DNA of 64,000 nt, from positions 496,001-560,000 of the forward strand of contig JALMLS010000376.1 in the NCBI GenBank assembly GCA_038496445.1, written 5' to 3'. This document shows positions 49,947 to 62,479 of this stretch, in pieces. Origin of the DNA: Trichosphaerium sp. ATCC 40318. Lineage: Eukaryota; Protista; Tubulinea. The translations under genes and the position numbers were made by a program. Numbering within the stretch: the stretch's first letter is position 1; every line of letters begins with the position of its first letter. The notes under the pieces were generated by a model, which was not told where the DNA came from, did no database searches, and saw only the letters and a program-made list of their open reading frames with translations.

Positions 49947-52944
49947 ATGGCAACTAGAGTTTCAAACTACGATCAAACATTACGTACCAAGGGTTTACGA
50001 CAGCAAAATAAAGTTAATCGCTTCGAATTGCGCGTACGATTCTTATATTTATTGATTACGACTGAAGTACCTTAGACGTACGTTTTGTGGGCAAATCATC
50101 TCCTACATGGCCGAGTAAAGATATCAAACATACTTGGCGATCTAGGGGATGGCCTTGTATTGCTTCATTTGGCTGAGGTAATATCTGGGCAACCTATAAA
50201 CGGGTTTTGTCGTAAACCAGTTGTAAAAGCGCAGAAACTTGACAATATAAATATTGCAATAGCGCGCTTTGCTAAAATTGGCGTGGATGTGTCAAGTGTT
50301 GTTTCAGCACGCGATATTGATCAACGGAACGAAAAACTTATATTGGCGTTCTTTTGGAGACTTGTAGAGTACTTTTACAGCACTCATAGTAATAGTAAAG
50401 AAGGTACGTATTTATAGTACGAATAACAAGGCGTTGACGCGTTCAAAAGGTAACTCACTGCTAACTGATGATGTTTACGGTTGGGTTGTTTCTTTTTTGA
50501 ATTTGGAGAACGAGGCTAAAGATAACGTACTACAGAATAAATCAAACGCGTACGTTTTACTCTTTTAACAATAATACAGTACAAACAAGGTTTTTTGTAG
50601 TTTCGTTGATGGTAATTTATTTGGAGAACTCGTAGACAAAGCTTGTAAGGGATCTCTACCTTCTGGGTTCAAAAATGTACGTGTATACCACAGTGTCATT
50701 GCATGAGCCTTGATCTTTATTTAACCATGACTCCCTGGGAGTAATAACACGTGCGTTTAGATGAGCGCTTATGACAAGTCGAAAGCAGCTTTTTCAGCTG
50801 CAGAAAAAAAGCTGGGTGTTCCTTCTTTGGTGCCTTCTGATACGGTTGGGAAAACAGGGGAGAAGATTCTTATTACGTATCTAGCTGAGTTTAGGAATAC
50901 AGTACAGAATAAAGCAGCAGAGAAATCTGTAAAATTAACAGACACTAAACGGGGTGAGTTTCTTTCCTATCCTTTTTTTTTTTTTTGTACTAAATTTCTG
51001 ATCAGGAATTCGTCTTGTGGCTAGAGGAGCTGCTCTTAAATATGGCTATGTAGGACAGAAATCAGCTTTTGAATTAACAGCCCAAAATATTAAGGGTGAG
51101 ACAGTTAAGCTTAATGCAAAGCATCTAGAAGTTGCAATGAAGCATAAACGTACTCAACGTGTTGTCGAACTCCGAACTACACGTGACAGGTAATTTTTAC
51201 AGAACTTACCAGCCGACTAACAATGCATACACAGGCATACTGGTACATTCACTTATGAGTTTATTACAAAGAAGCGTGGAGCGTATCACATAGATTTTAA
51301 ATTAAATGGGAAGACTGCACTTGAAAAAGTTCAAGTAGCAAAGTTTAAGAAACCAGGAGCAGATATAAAGATAAATGTTGATTATAGAGTATATACACCA
51401 TATAAATTTGATGATTATGATTTTATTCTTCCTATTAAGGACTCAATCTTATCAAATGGAGGTACGTACTATAAGGTTTTTATTGTGAGGTGTAGTAAGT
51501 TGTGACTTTTTTTTTTTTCAGATGAAAATGGAGCTGTTGTAAGAAAAGTTACATCAAAACCTACGTTATTTGTAAGACGACAAAGTCAAATGCGTATTGG
51601 TGGAGGTAAGTAATAGAGCTACAAATTTAGTACTACTGAGTTTATGCCGCTAATGTCTTTTGTGAAGGAAATCTTATACAAAAGAAAAAAGCAGAAAACA
51701 AGGGACAAAAAAAGAAAAAACGAAGAAAGAAAAAAAGATCAAAAACACAGAGTAAAACAGAAGAAGCTATAGCGGCTGAGACTGGTAAAAACCCTAATAA
51801 TAATCATGAATCAGAAAAACAAAAGCCCAAAGAACCGGAACCAGAACCAGAACCAAAAGAACCAGAACCAGAACCAAAACCGAAACAACAAGAACCAGAA
51901 CCGAAAGAACCAGAACCAGAACCGGAACCTGAAGAACCTGAACCTCGAGGAGATAAAGAGCCTGAAAATGATTACTATACTTCCACTCCTATAGAAGAAG
52001 GTGGAGAGCTTTATTCAAGTGAATCAGCCGATGACTTACCACTGGAAGCGCCTAATAGAAACTTGATAAATTTCTCATTCTTGACAGCGAATACTTCTCT
52101 AAAAGTAGGAGAAACACTTTCTTATACAATTGAAGTAACAAGGCTTGATACTGGTGACCAATTCAATCTTGATCCAGAGACACTTACATCAATAATAAAG
52201 GATGATGAAGACAATCAGATATCACCATCAAAGAAACAAGTCTCGTACGTAAACACTAATTTTTTCTTCTTGTATAATTTTTTGGTTGTGTGAGTTTCCT
52301 TCAAGTTAGATCATTCGTTGACTTATGTACCAAGTACTTCTTGAATATGGTTAACATTTTGACAGCAAGTTTAACTTGAATGATAAGCATACTATTCAGT
52401 AAAATTGTTTTATTTTTCTTTATTTTTTTTTTGAAGCTATTTTTACTTATTGCTTTGTTGTAGTGGGAGTTCTTTTGAGTTTTCTTATTCTACAAAGAAG
52501 AATGGTTTTTATAATATAGAAGTATTCTATAAAAATAGTAGTCTGTATGCAGACGACTTGGAAGTATACTTTGGAAACATAGCAGATCCAAAAACAAGTT
52601 ACCTTGAAAAAAGAGAAGTTACAAAAGAATATGTCAAGCTCATCACGTATGCTAGAGATAGTAAAAACAATCCTATAGAAAAAGGTAAGGCAGTATATAT
52701 GATCATCCAGTGGTTTATTTATTGACTTTTGATCTGTAGGAGGTGACGCTTTTCGTATATTGGTTGATGGTGTAAATATATCAGCATCACATATTTCAAT
52801 GAGTGATTGTGGTGATGGTAGTTATGATATACAGTTAAAACCTGTATCAACTGGACAAGAGTATGTATTTCAAGTTCTACTTGATGGTTTGGATATAAAA
52901 AATAGTGGTATGAGGATACAGACATAGCTGTGTTTGTAAAATAA
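49947..52944 (+). CDS. Actin-binding protein: tandem calponin-homology domains, filamin-like Ig repeats and a Pro/Glu linker
   Basis: QQNKTYVLWAN...DLGDGLVLLHLAEVISG...QKLDNI...EKLILAFFWRL (CH1); AEKKLGVPSL...ILITYLAEF (CH2); ARDSKNNPIEKGGD, DCGDGSY (filamin). Confidence 0.85.
51823..51966 (+). repeat. Coding low-complexity (GAACCA)n repeat encoding (EP)n
   Basis: gaaccagaaccagaacc... gives KEPEPEPEPKEPEPEPKPK. Confidence 0.9.
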
Positions 52945-53314
52945 AATAAATAAATAAAAAAAAAGCATAAAACGTCAATGTCAAAGCTTATCTACTTAGA
53001 TAACAATTGTGAATCTGTGTGACTTCATAAACCTACTGTTTCAGAGCTCTACAATATTGGGTTGGTTGTGAAACTGTCCAGTTGTAAAGAATGTGAAGTA
53101 CAAGTAAAACATTAATTGAAAAACTTCTAAGAAACTAGCCATTTACATTTCCAAATCTTTTACTTCAAGGCTTTGCAGATTGTTTCCGTAGACTTTGCGG
53201 TGTACTTTTCTATGTGTGTTGTGTTGACAGATTGATCTGAATAAAACTTGATGATACTTGAGAGCATGCAACAATGATAGACGTAATTTGTATTTATTCT
53301 ATTACATTTTACTA

Positions 53315-56300
53315 TCATCTACGTCTTCCACCGCACATGCCACCTGCTCCGCAGCAACATTCGCGTATTTTTTCACTTAGTGCGAATCCAGCCACAACTA
53401 AACCAACAATGATAACACCGAGAACAGCCCAAACAATTGGGTCAACAGAAGGACCAGTAGGTGGCTCTTCGACATATTTCACCCAAGGTGCTAATGTAGT
53501 TGGTGGTGCCTGAGTTGTAGGAGCTTCTGTAGGAGCTACTGTAGTTGGAGGCTTTGTTGTTGGAGGGGGAGTAGTTGGTGGAGTCGTTGTAGGAGGTAGA
53601 GTTGTAGGTCTTTGACCGGTAGCAACAAAGAAAGACTTTGATGTGAGATCGGAAGTCCTCCAGAAGTTCTTCCCGAAACCAGTTAGGTGCTCTTCAGAGT
53701 ATCCAAGATAAACAGGCTAAAGAAAAAACCAACAGTCAGCTCACACGTGAGAGATTTTGATAGACGTACTGGGCTTGTGTTTTCAGAAACGAAGCTCACT
53801 TCTGGAACAGTTGATACGTTTTTAGTTTGTAAATCTAGCACCATTACTGGTTGTGGATTGTCGTGCCATGTAGATCCACCATATCCAATTTGACCAGCTA
53901 GAGAAAGAAATCAGAAACAATTGATTAGTTTTTCAACTTACAGAAAAATAAACGGTCAAATTCTTCATCGTATGCCACTGCTGAAACGCTTGTTATTTGT
54001 GCGCCACCGCCAACATCTGTGAAAGGAATAGTTTCTTGTACTTCGCCTGTGAGTGTATCCAAAATACCAAACTCTTCGAGTGTGGCATAGAACATTCTTT
54101 CTAAGAAAACAATCAATCATTTTCATCAAGAAAAAACCAGGCCTAGTCTAGTACCTCCTGAAATGCTTATTGTTGTATTTGTTAATACTTGTAGGTTCTT
54201 ATCTTCTCCAGAAGTCAAATTAATACTCGTTAGAGGCAAGCCTTCGTAGTAAAAATAAAGGATATTTTCAGGTGTTATCTCAGCATTTGTAGTTGAAGGA
54301 AAATAAGATCCGAAAGAGCCTTCAGTATCCCAACGTTGTTCAACAAAGTTATAGCAAACACCCTGAAAAAAAAGGGGTTAGTTTCTTTCTTTTTTCCTAA
54401 CTCACTGTGACCGTTACATACCCTTCCGCGAATTGATATACCATCTACAGCAATAGGTGTACTACTGAAAGCGCATAAGTAATCGTCGTTGGCGACTAAT
54501 TCTTCAATAACAGCATCTACTTTTCCTAGCGGTTTAAACTCTGAGTTATCTCCATATTCAGCATAAACAACATCTTCACTAGCAAGTGCTCCTCCTACGA
54601 AAACTCCTTTGGAGTTAGCAGCAACAGTTTGAACTGTTCCTGTTAATGCAGCCGAAGAAGGATCAATATATTTCCATGTTCCTGTACTCAAGTCGAATAT
54701 TGCGGTGCCTCTAAAGGGTAGAATGTTAATACAATGAAGGAAAAAAAAAAAAAGAAAATCGAGTTGTTCTTCTTTTTTCTTTGAACTTTTTTGAACATCT
54801 TTTGTACCTCACATCTACACCTGCTACACGTGTGAATAAACCACCAATGATGAGTTGATTTCCTGATAACTCAACATCGTTTATTTCTCCCTTAATCTAG
54901 AGAGTGCTTAAGTCACAAAAAGCCTAGATAGAGCAAAGTTGTATGTTCTTACTTGTCCATTTAGATCAGTTGTGACATTACCAAATTCGGTCCAGCTATA
55001 ATCTCTGGTTTTAAATGACTTTTGTTGACGAAGTAACGTTCCACCACTCTTTAGAATAAAGCCCTCTGAAGGTCATTAGAGGTGCACTTCCTTTCTTGTT
55101 TTTTTCCATATTTTAAAACGTACCAACTAAATATCTTCCTGTTCTACCACTCTCGCGAATATCGTTACCATTAAACTTAGCCATTACCCAATTCACACCT
55201 CTTTCGAAGTATTTTATATCTTTTACTTGAGTAATTGTTGTATGTCCTTCATCTACAAGCGCACAAGTCCATACATATTGTCCTTTAGCAGCAAGGAAAA
55301 AAGTAATATTTACGTTCAGAAAACTTGACAAAGTGTCGCCTGTAGATTCCTTTGAATCTGATATACTCTGTACCATATCTCCGGAATCAAACTCATATAC
55401 ATTGTATGCTGTTTGTATGGCTTCTTCACTGATGACACGTTGAAGCAATATTGGCCTGCCATAAGAATCAATTTCGAAGATATCTACTTCCAAGCCGTAT
55501 GGAGAAGGAAGCTCTGATACAATAATATCCTCTGCAGGAAAACTACACTCAATTGTTTGTGGTCCAGTAGGTGCGCTTGTTATAATTTCTCCCTTTTGCT
55601 TAGAAATAACTAAAGGAGTAAGAAAAGCCATACAACACGTGTCATATTTTGTTAAATGATTCAAAGAATACGAGTAAAAAATATACCTGAGCCTTGTGAT
55701 GTTAGAGATGTTTTGAATATTAAGTTTTTATCATCTATTTGTGGATACTAGGATATTTTATAAGCACTAAACATTGTTGTGTTGAGAGATAGAGTACCGT
55801 TATTCTTATACGTAGGTTATCAAAGAAAGTATCACCATCATTATCAACGCCGGAATCTTCAATTGTGAACTCAGGAAGAACTTGACATCCCATTGAAATT
55901 GTTGTATCTGCAATACGTGGAACGGCTCCAGTGAGTGTTGCACGTACTGAGTTTTGATAACAATCAGTTGGAGTAAACTGTCCTGTGAAAACAGTTTCTG
56001 ATGTGGACGTCATTGCCACCGAAGTTTCATTGTTGGTGGTGATTCCAGAGAAAGAAACTTGAAGGTTTTCTAATGAGCTAGAAACAGGGGTTGTAGCTGT
56101 GATAGTGTATACAGTTCCTAAAGGTCCGAATGGTGGTGTGACCTCTATTTCCAAAGGAACAGCGTCTTCGCCAGATATTGTAACAGCGAAAGGAATAACT
56201 AAAAAAACAAGATTAGACAGAGATATTCTTTCGTTGAAGTAAACGAACCTTCCGGGCTTCCTGTGTTGCCGTTTTGTGCAATTATTATCCATTCTCCAGG

Positions 56301-58247
56301 AGTAGATTCTAGACTGACTGATGTATAAATAAATTGACCTGATATAAGTGTTCCAGGAGGAAATTGAACAGACCGATCTCCTGGTCCTCGTAGATTAAAA
56401 GTCAAGTGAGTTTCGGTGCTAAACACAACGATAGAAAAATCTGTTGTTCCTATGGAGTCTAAGGTAACTCTGATTTGCTCCTCTTGTCCTCCAGCAACTC
56501 CGCCAAGGTGATCATCAAAGAACACGTGAACGTCTTCTGGTAACTGTGGAGGAGGTGTGATGACATACTTATCTCTACCAGTAACACTTTTAGGTAAAAG
56601 AATGCTCAAGAAAATATCAGCTGTATGTTTTCCAAGGCCTCCCTGGTGCTGTTCGTCAATGACAACCTTTTCGCCATAACTCAAACATGTCGCTGAGCTC
56701 GCTGGAGCCAAATCATCTTTAGTAGCACCGACTAAAGAAGCATTAACCTCAGCGAAGAAAATACCAAAAGAACTATTCTTAGATACCTGTGTACATCAGC
56801 CCACTTGGTTCTCCGTACACCTCATTGAATGCTTCCATTCTAGAAGAAGACAATTCTTTTGCGTACTCCCATGTATTTTGAGCATCATCGTTAATTCCAG
56901 ATCGCTCTATAATATCTCCAAATCTGTTACCACAGTGAGGAGAGGCGAGTGTAACAACATTAGTAACATATTCGCTATTATCTTCCAAGTACGCTCTGAC
57001 ATCTATTCCACCCTAAAACATTTGTTAACAAGCGTCTAACATTGTATAGTGTACCTTTCCAAAAGCTACTATATCTGCTGTGCCAGCGCCCAACAGTGTT
57101 AACCAGTCGGTGATAGTACTAGAGATTACTGTAGCACGTTGTTGTATAGCTAGAAAGACAATATTAATAAACCATCGACTCACAAACGCTTACTGAGTTC
57201 GCCAACGCCAAATGACACGTGAATGTATGGTACGTGTGTTTTATCTAGCTCAGGTATCCATCCTTCATCCCATTGATGTTTGCCTAGACCGGGAACCAAT
57301 ACAATAGGTCTGACATACTCTGGAATACCATAAAGGGCCACCCAATCAATTGCTAATGGGTGTTAGTGGGAACAAGTATAAAAGCGTAATCAGAACGTAC
57401 ATGCACACCAGTTTGTTCCTGTACCGGGTGCGTTCTCGACATTGATATCGATAATGACGTTGTTAACACCAGGGATTAATGTACCGTTTGACCAACGTGC
57501 GAATTTTATCTAAAGCAATCATGTCATTAATCTTAAAAAGCCTTTTTTTTTCTGCAGTTTTTCTGACGTACCTTGTTCATTGGTATGCTGAATGTATTCC
57601 TATAAAACACCGAGTATTAGCAATTTTAGTGATAAAGTTAGAGATATTTTTATCTTTGAAAAGGCACGTGATAAAAAACTTGGCGTACTCAAACCAAAGT
57701 TCGTTTTCTCCATAAAGAAAACCCAATGCGAATCCATTAAAGGTGACTGTATCACGTTCTGGTCTACCATTTGTATTACCCGTCGGATTAAAATCAATAT
57801 CAAAGGCGGGAATAGTCAGAGATAGTGAAGAAGGAAGCTCCAATAGCGTTTCAGGCGTCAAATAGCCATCGGCATCAGTTGGACCTATTTGTGCAGTGAA
57901 TATTTTGAAAAGAGTATTTCTTCTGTTTTAGCTCATAGGATAGGACTTCTACGCATTGCTAGCGCAAAAAAGACGTCTAGGAGTGTTTTTCCAAAGATAT
58001 GGGCGTACCAACGAATTGTGTTATCTCTAGCTGCGCTGTTAACGTCCTTGTTTCGCAATTTGTGTCCAAGTCAGGGCCGCTAAAACAACTTTTTTAGCAG
58101 TAGCCGGTAAAAAGTAACGAACCAATCTACAAGCGCTGTACGTCTATGTTCTGGTAGAGATATATTTGGTGGTTCTGGTCCTGAGCCACAGCGTAGACTT
58201 GTTACTGCAGTTATACAGAGCACAAAAGTTAGAGCCGTGAGCCACAT
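53315..58247 (-). CDS. Type I membrane protein: signal peptide, lipase-like alpha/beta-hydrolase lacking catalytic Ser, Ig-like domains, propeller-like repeats, Pro/Thr stalk, TM, Cys-rich tail
   Basis: MWLTALTFVLCITAVTS; RPIVLVPG; DIVAFGKGGIDVRAYL; VVTLASPHCG; DSGVDNDGDTFFDNL; LIIGGLFTRVAG; PTTLPPTTTPP; TM IVWAVLGVIIVGLVVAGFAL; tail ECCCGAGGMCGGRRR. Confidence 0.75.
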
Positions 58248-58750
58248 GTTAGTTGTTGGTGCGCTTGTACGTTTTCGCTTTTTATGATAGTTACTTAAAT
58301 ACAGCGTTGCTGTTTTGTGCACGTGACACACGTGTCAGTTGTCACTGTTTTCAGCGTTCCTTATCATAAATCTACATACACAGGCTTTCTTGCATGTACA
58401 GTTAATACTTATCACCACACCCACAAATATTATCCGTCTCGTTTTGTGTAAGTTGAGTTACTTTGTAAAACCATGTTGTTTGAATCTATGAGTCATAAAT
58501 CTTTATGTCGAAAGTGGATATCTGGTACTAATCTGTGAACCTGTGAACACTTGGCATGTTATGTACTTCCACTCATTTATGTGCTATACGCGTATCATAA
58601 GTAATAGTAATCCAATACTTGCAGTTGCAAGCGAGGATTTAAACGAATAATAACTTGTATGAAGTAGTGAATTTTTTTTTTTTGAAGTCTATCAAGTGAC
58701 TAATAGGACGCGCTCTAGGGTGAGTCTTAAGGGTGGAGTCTCCACTTAAG

Positions 58751-60001
58751 TCAACAAAGCCAAAGGTCAAGTTGAGTTGAACCATTAACAGTACTATCAA
58801 TAAGCTCCACTTTTTTACTAAGCATTAAAGCAATACCCAATTCTTCAACAATTTTTTTGTTAAACTGATGAGATCTTCGCGAGTTGATTTTAAGGTAAAC
58901 AAGAGAAGTTAAGTGTTTCAAGCATCTTATGGTAAGCTTGCTTCTGCTGGCAATTTTGAGTCGCACCAGATTAACCAATTGATCCATGCCTACATCTGTA
59001 ATATTACATCCTGCAAGGGTGAGGCGTTTCAAAGTAGGCAAGTAACTCAATCCTTTATCTGTTATGGAATAGTTGTTCTCAATGCGGAGATATTCAATAC
59101 TACTTAGGTGCTCTAAATTCTCGTCTGTAATATCACTGCCTTGCTTTCCGTCTTTGATTATGAGATGCTTGAGATCAACCAAGTACTTGAAACAAGAACC
59201 TGTAATGTTTTTACAGCAATCAAGTTTGAGGTGCTGAAGATGGATAAGGTGCTTTAACGATGAGTCTGTAATTGTAGTACTATGAGTCAGAATTAGTTTC
59301 TTCAGACCAACCAATTGCTTTAATGAGTCTGAAACATTGGATAGAATACGAAGACTCAGATGTTTTACATTTGTAAGGTGTCTTATGCCATCATAGTTAG
59401 TATTGCAAATAGAAACTGAGTGTATATTGCAAAGGTGCTTAAACCATTCTTTTCTTACTTTGCTAAGCGAGATTTCGTGAACATTAGAAAGAGCTTTTAT
59501 TCCATCCTCAGTAATGTTGCTACATGCATCAATATGGATCGTGTGTACAGACTTTAGAGCTTTTAAAGAAACGTCTGTTATATGAGTGTTTCTTAACGAA
59601 ATATTGTGAATAGTGGTGCCTGTATTGACAAGTGCGAGGATGTTTGCGTCTGTTATATTACTATACGAAAAAGATATAGTATGAACACCAGCCAGACAAG
59701 CCATGTCAATCTCTGAAAACGTTAATGCGTCAATAAGAAAGTCAAAACAGAAAATTCTTGTATTTTTTAACAAGGGACTGCCTTTCAGAATGCGAGAATC
59801 TTCCGAAGATGAAAATACGATCCTCTCAAACCCAATATTATGTCGAATAATGTCATTAAACTGATGAGATACTAAAGACGCCGCGAAGCGTTCGTTTCTC
59901 TTTAAATAACGTAATACGTTTGTTAGTGTCTCTGGTGGCAGTGGTTTTGTTTGTTTTGAAGAAAATAAATCCGTAGTATCCGTCGCATCAAATAGAAACA
60001 T
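58751..60001 (-). CDS. Intronless F-box / leucine-rich repeat protein
   Basis: LPPETLTNVLRYL...SLVSHQF (F-box); repeated VHTI/LxxLxL...NITD LRRs; single ORF, first ATG at 60001. Confidence 0.85.
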   Translation of the reverse strand: MFLFDATDTTDLFSSKQTKPLPPETLTNVLRYLKRNERFAASLVSHQFNDIIRHNIGFERIVFSSSEDSRILKGSPLLKNTRIFCFDFLIDALTFSEIDMACLAGVHTISFSYSNITDANILALVNTGTTIHNISLRNTHITDVSLKALKSVHTIHIDACSNITEDGIKALSNVHEISLSKVRKEWFKHLCNIHSVSICNTNYDGIRHLTNVKHLSLRILSNVSDSLKQLVGLKKLILTHSTTITDSSLKHLIHLQHLKLDCCKNITGSCFKYLVDLKHLIIKDGKQGSDITDENLEHLSSIEYLRIENNYSITDKGLSYLPTLKRLTLAGCNITDVGMDQLVNLVRLKIASRSKLTIRCLKHLTSLVYLKINSRRSHQFNKKIVEELGIALMLSKKVELIDSTVNGSTQLDLWLC

Positions 60002-60465
60002 GTAGAGCGTTATCCGTTTGTTTGATAAATAAAGCGAAATTTCCAAAACACGTGGGCACAAAGCCGGTCAGAGTTTTTAGTACCGAAAGGAAATATGTCC
60101 TGACCGCCTCTGCTGGTACTAATATAGGTACAAGCTCTTTCGTACATAGAGAGACTTATCTTGTAAAAACATCAAGCTTATTGCACACAAAATTCGCTAC
60201 TCAAAAATGGGTAACGTGCTTACAAGTACTAGTTCATAACCAATACTGTAACATCAAAATAAAAGCTTGCTTAGTACGTATGCTGCAGAATAACCTCTCC
60301 GATTTGAGAAAAGCAACACCGAGTTCATTGATTGTGCGTTTTCTGACTCCGTAAACATAAAGTCAATATCACTAAATCTCAACGTCTGAGATTCAAGATT
60401 ATACAGCACTACCAAATAAGCCCACACTGCATAATAAATCTCTACCTTTATCCCAAAGAGATACA

Positions 60466-61973
60466 ATGGAGCCACAACCGCCTAAATCTGTTCAAAAACA
60501 TCGTAAATCTCGATCAGAACACCCATCAAGCAGACCCACGCATGAACAGCGGTTTAAAGGCAGAAAGAGGGACACAAATATTAAAAGCGTTGCTGGGACA
60601 ATAGCTAGTATCAGAGAAGAGCATGCGGTGCGTAATGGTTCTAATTACAGCATTTTGAAAAAAAAACCCCCAAAACAAAAATAGAAGGCACTTTGCGTTA
60701 ACGGTTTCTCATGTTGATTTTTAAGGGCGTAATACCGCAAATACTACAAAAATACGTAGAGCGCGTCGTTTCGTTAAAATTACGGAGCCTTGTATCGAGT
60801 ACTGAAGCTTCAGCAAGTAACAAATCCGAAAACCTACCTCCAAAAAATAATAGTAAGTTTGAACTTCAATCACGTGATATTTTTTGTACTTTTGTTTTTG
60901 GCTATATTCGGGAAACTCATCATTGTTTCAGATGAGAGAAAATGGAGAGCTATAGCTAAAGCCTTGCTTATAAGAGACGTGAGTTTGGAACTCGCTCAAC
61001 TAGAATATGAATACAACGAAGGACAAACCGGTAATACCTCATCTTCGAAGCACGTGACAACTTCAAAGAAACTTGTGGATAAGGGATCACAAACAAGCCC
61101 ATCAAGGCGCTACAGTCAACGCGCGGCATTGTATAAGGCGGCAAGAAGGAAATACAGAAGCAAAAGTATTGATAGCGGGCTTGTACTTAATAGCTCGAGG
61201 AGAGTTTTTGTTAAATCTGGAACTAAAAGAAGTCGCTACATTGTATCAAAGGTGTGTATAAGGAATTGACTTACGTATGTTTATCTCTTGTTAGCCTTAT
61301 TCGCGTAGAAGCTCTCTTAGACGTCCAAGAGAACCTATAAGGCATGTAAATTCTCTTGATGGACTTCTACATCCACGAAGAAGTCCAACAGGTATTGATG
61401 TGCGCTTCGAGACTATTCTCGGTATGAGATACGTATTTATAACTTTTGTAAGTGACATATCCTAGAAGAAAGTCCTTGTCGTAGTGGAGATATTTCACAG
61501 GCAGATCCGGAGATTTCTCTGATTGTTCAACAGGTTACCAAGGAGAATCAAAAAAGTATAATGAGAGATGTACGCCCTCGTTTCTTCAAGATACTGTTAG
61601 CTTACATACTTATCAAGCAATGTCCAGCACCAAATATAGTTCAACAATTACGCGCTGGTATACCTACATACCCAAATTGGGGTCTCACACGACCAGAGGT
61701 AAAGAAAAAAAAAACTGGAGAGTTTTTTGTAAAGTTTTTGTTTACAAAACTAAGGTGTCTCGCACAGTAGAAGGCATAGACTTAGAGGTAGCTGAAATAA
61801 CAGGTACAATCGAAAACGATGCTAGGTGTAAGATAGGAAAAGATACATTAAAAAGGTAGTACTCTAATGATAAAAACAAGCTAATACATTTTTTCAGGAG
61901 AGCTTCAAAGTCTGCTTTCCATGATTGGACAAATGCCAAAGCTACGACACTCGAAGAAGTAACACCCATGTAA
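60466..61973 (+). CDS. Hypothetical basic, Ser-rich protein (multi-exon)
   Basis: ORFs 60466, 60711 and 60790 link through GT-AG introns; ends ...LEEVTPM stop; no family motif. Confidence 0.5.
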
Positions 61974-62479
61974 AGAAAAAAACCACAAGAATCAAGCGAG
62001 AATATTTGTAAAAGAACTTAGATAAACCAATTGTAGCAAATAAACAATGTACCAATAGAAATCATAAAAAAAATTCATAAAAACGAATTTGCTTACTTGC
62101 TCAGGATCATCGCTAGTCATGTGTGGGCATGTAATAGTTTACAAAATTCCCTCAGTACCTGTACAGCCATTGCGTAGGTTTCTGCAAAAAAAGATAGATA
62201 AATGATCGTCAGGAATAAGAAAAAAGACTAAGATTCTAGAGGAACCTTTCAGTGACAATCGTATTTCTGGAAACCTGAATAAGTTTGCTCGATGCGTTAC
62301 TTTTTATGATGATCTGAAGAGCCGTGTACTTTAAGATGAAGATGGAGCAAAATTAAGTCATGTATTTTTTAGCTGAATAAGTCAACAGTTTCGCGTGTTG
62401 CCACGTATGAAGTGCTAGAAATAGAAAAATCATAGCGTTTTGAGTATCACACATGTACCAGGCGTCTATAAGAAGCAAA

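Noticed and set aside
51806-51994. (NQ)n prion-like ORF
   Set aside because: Shifted frame of the (EP)n linker in the CH/filamin gene
58726-58750. Hairpin CTTAAG(GG)TGGAG/CTCCACTTAAG just after the F-box stop
   Set aside because: A single imperfect stem in a eukaryotic 3' UTR; no basis for calling a terminator
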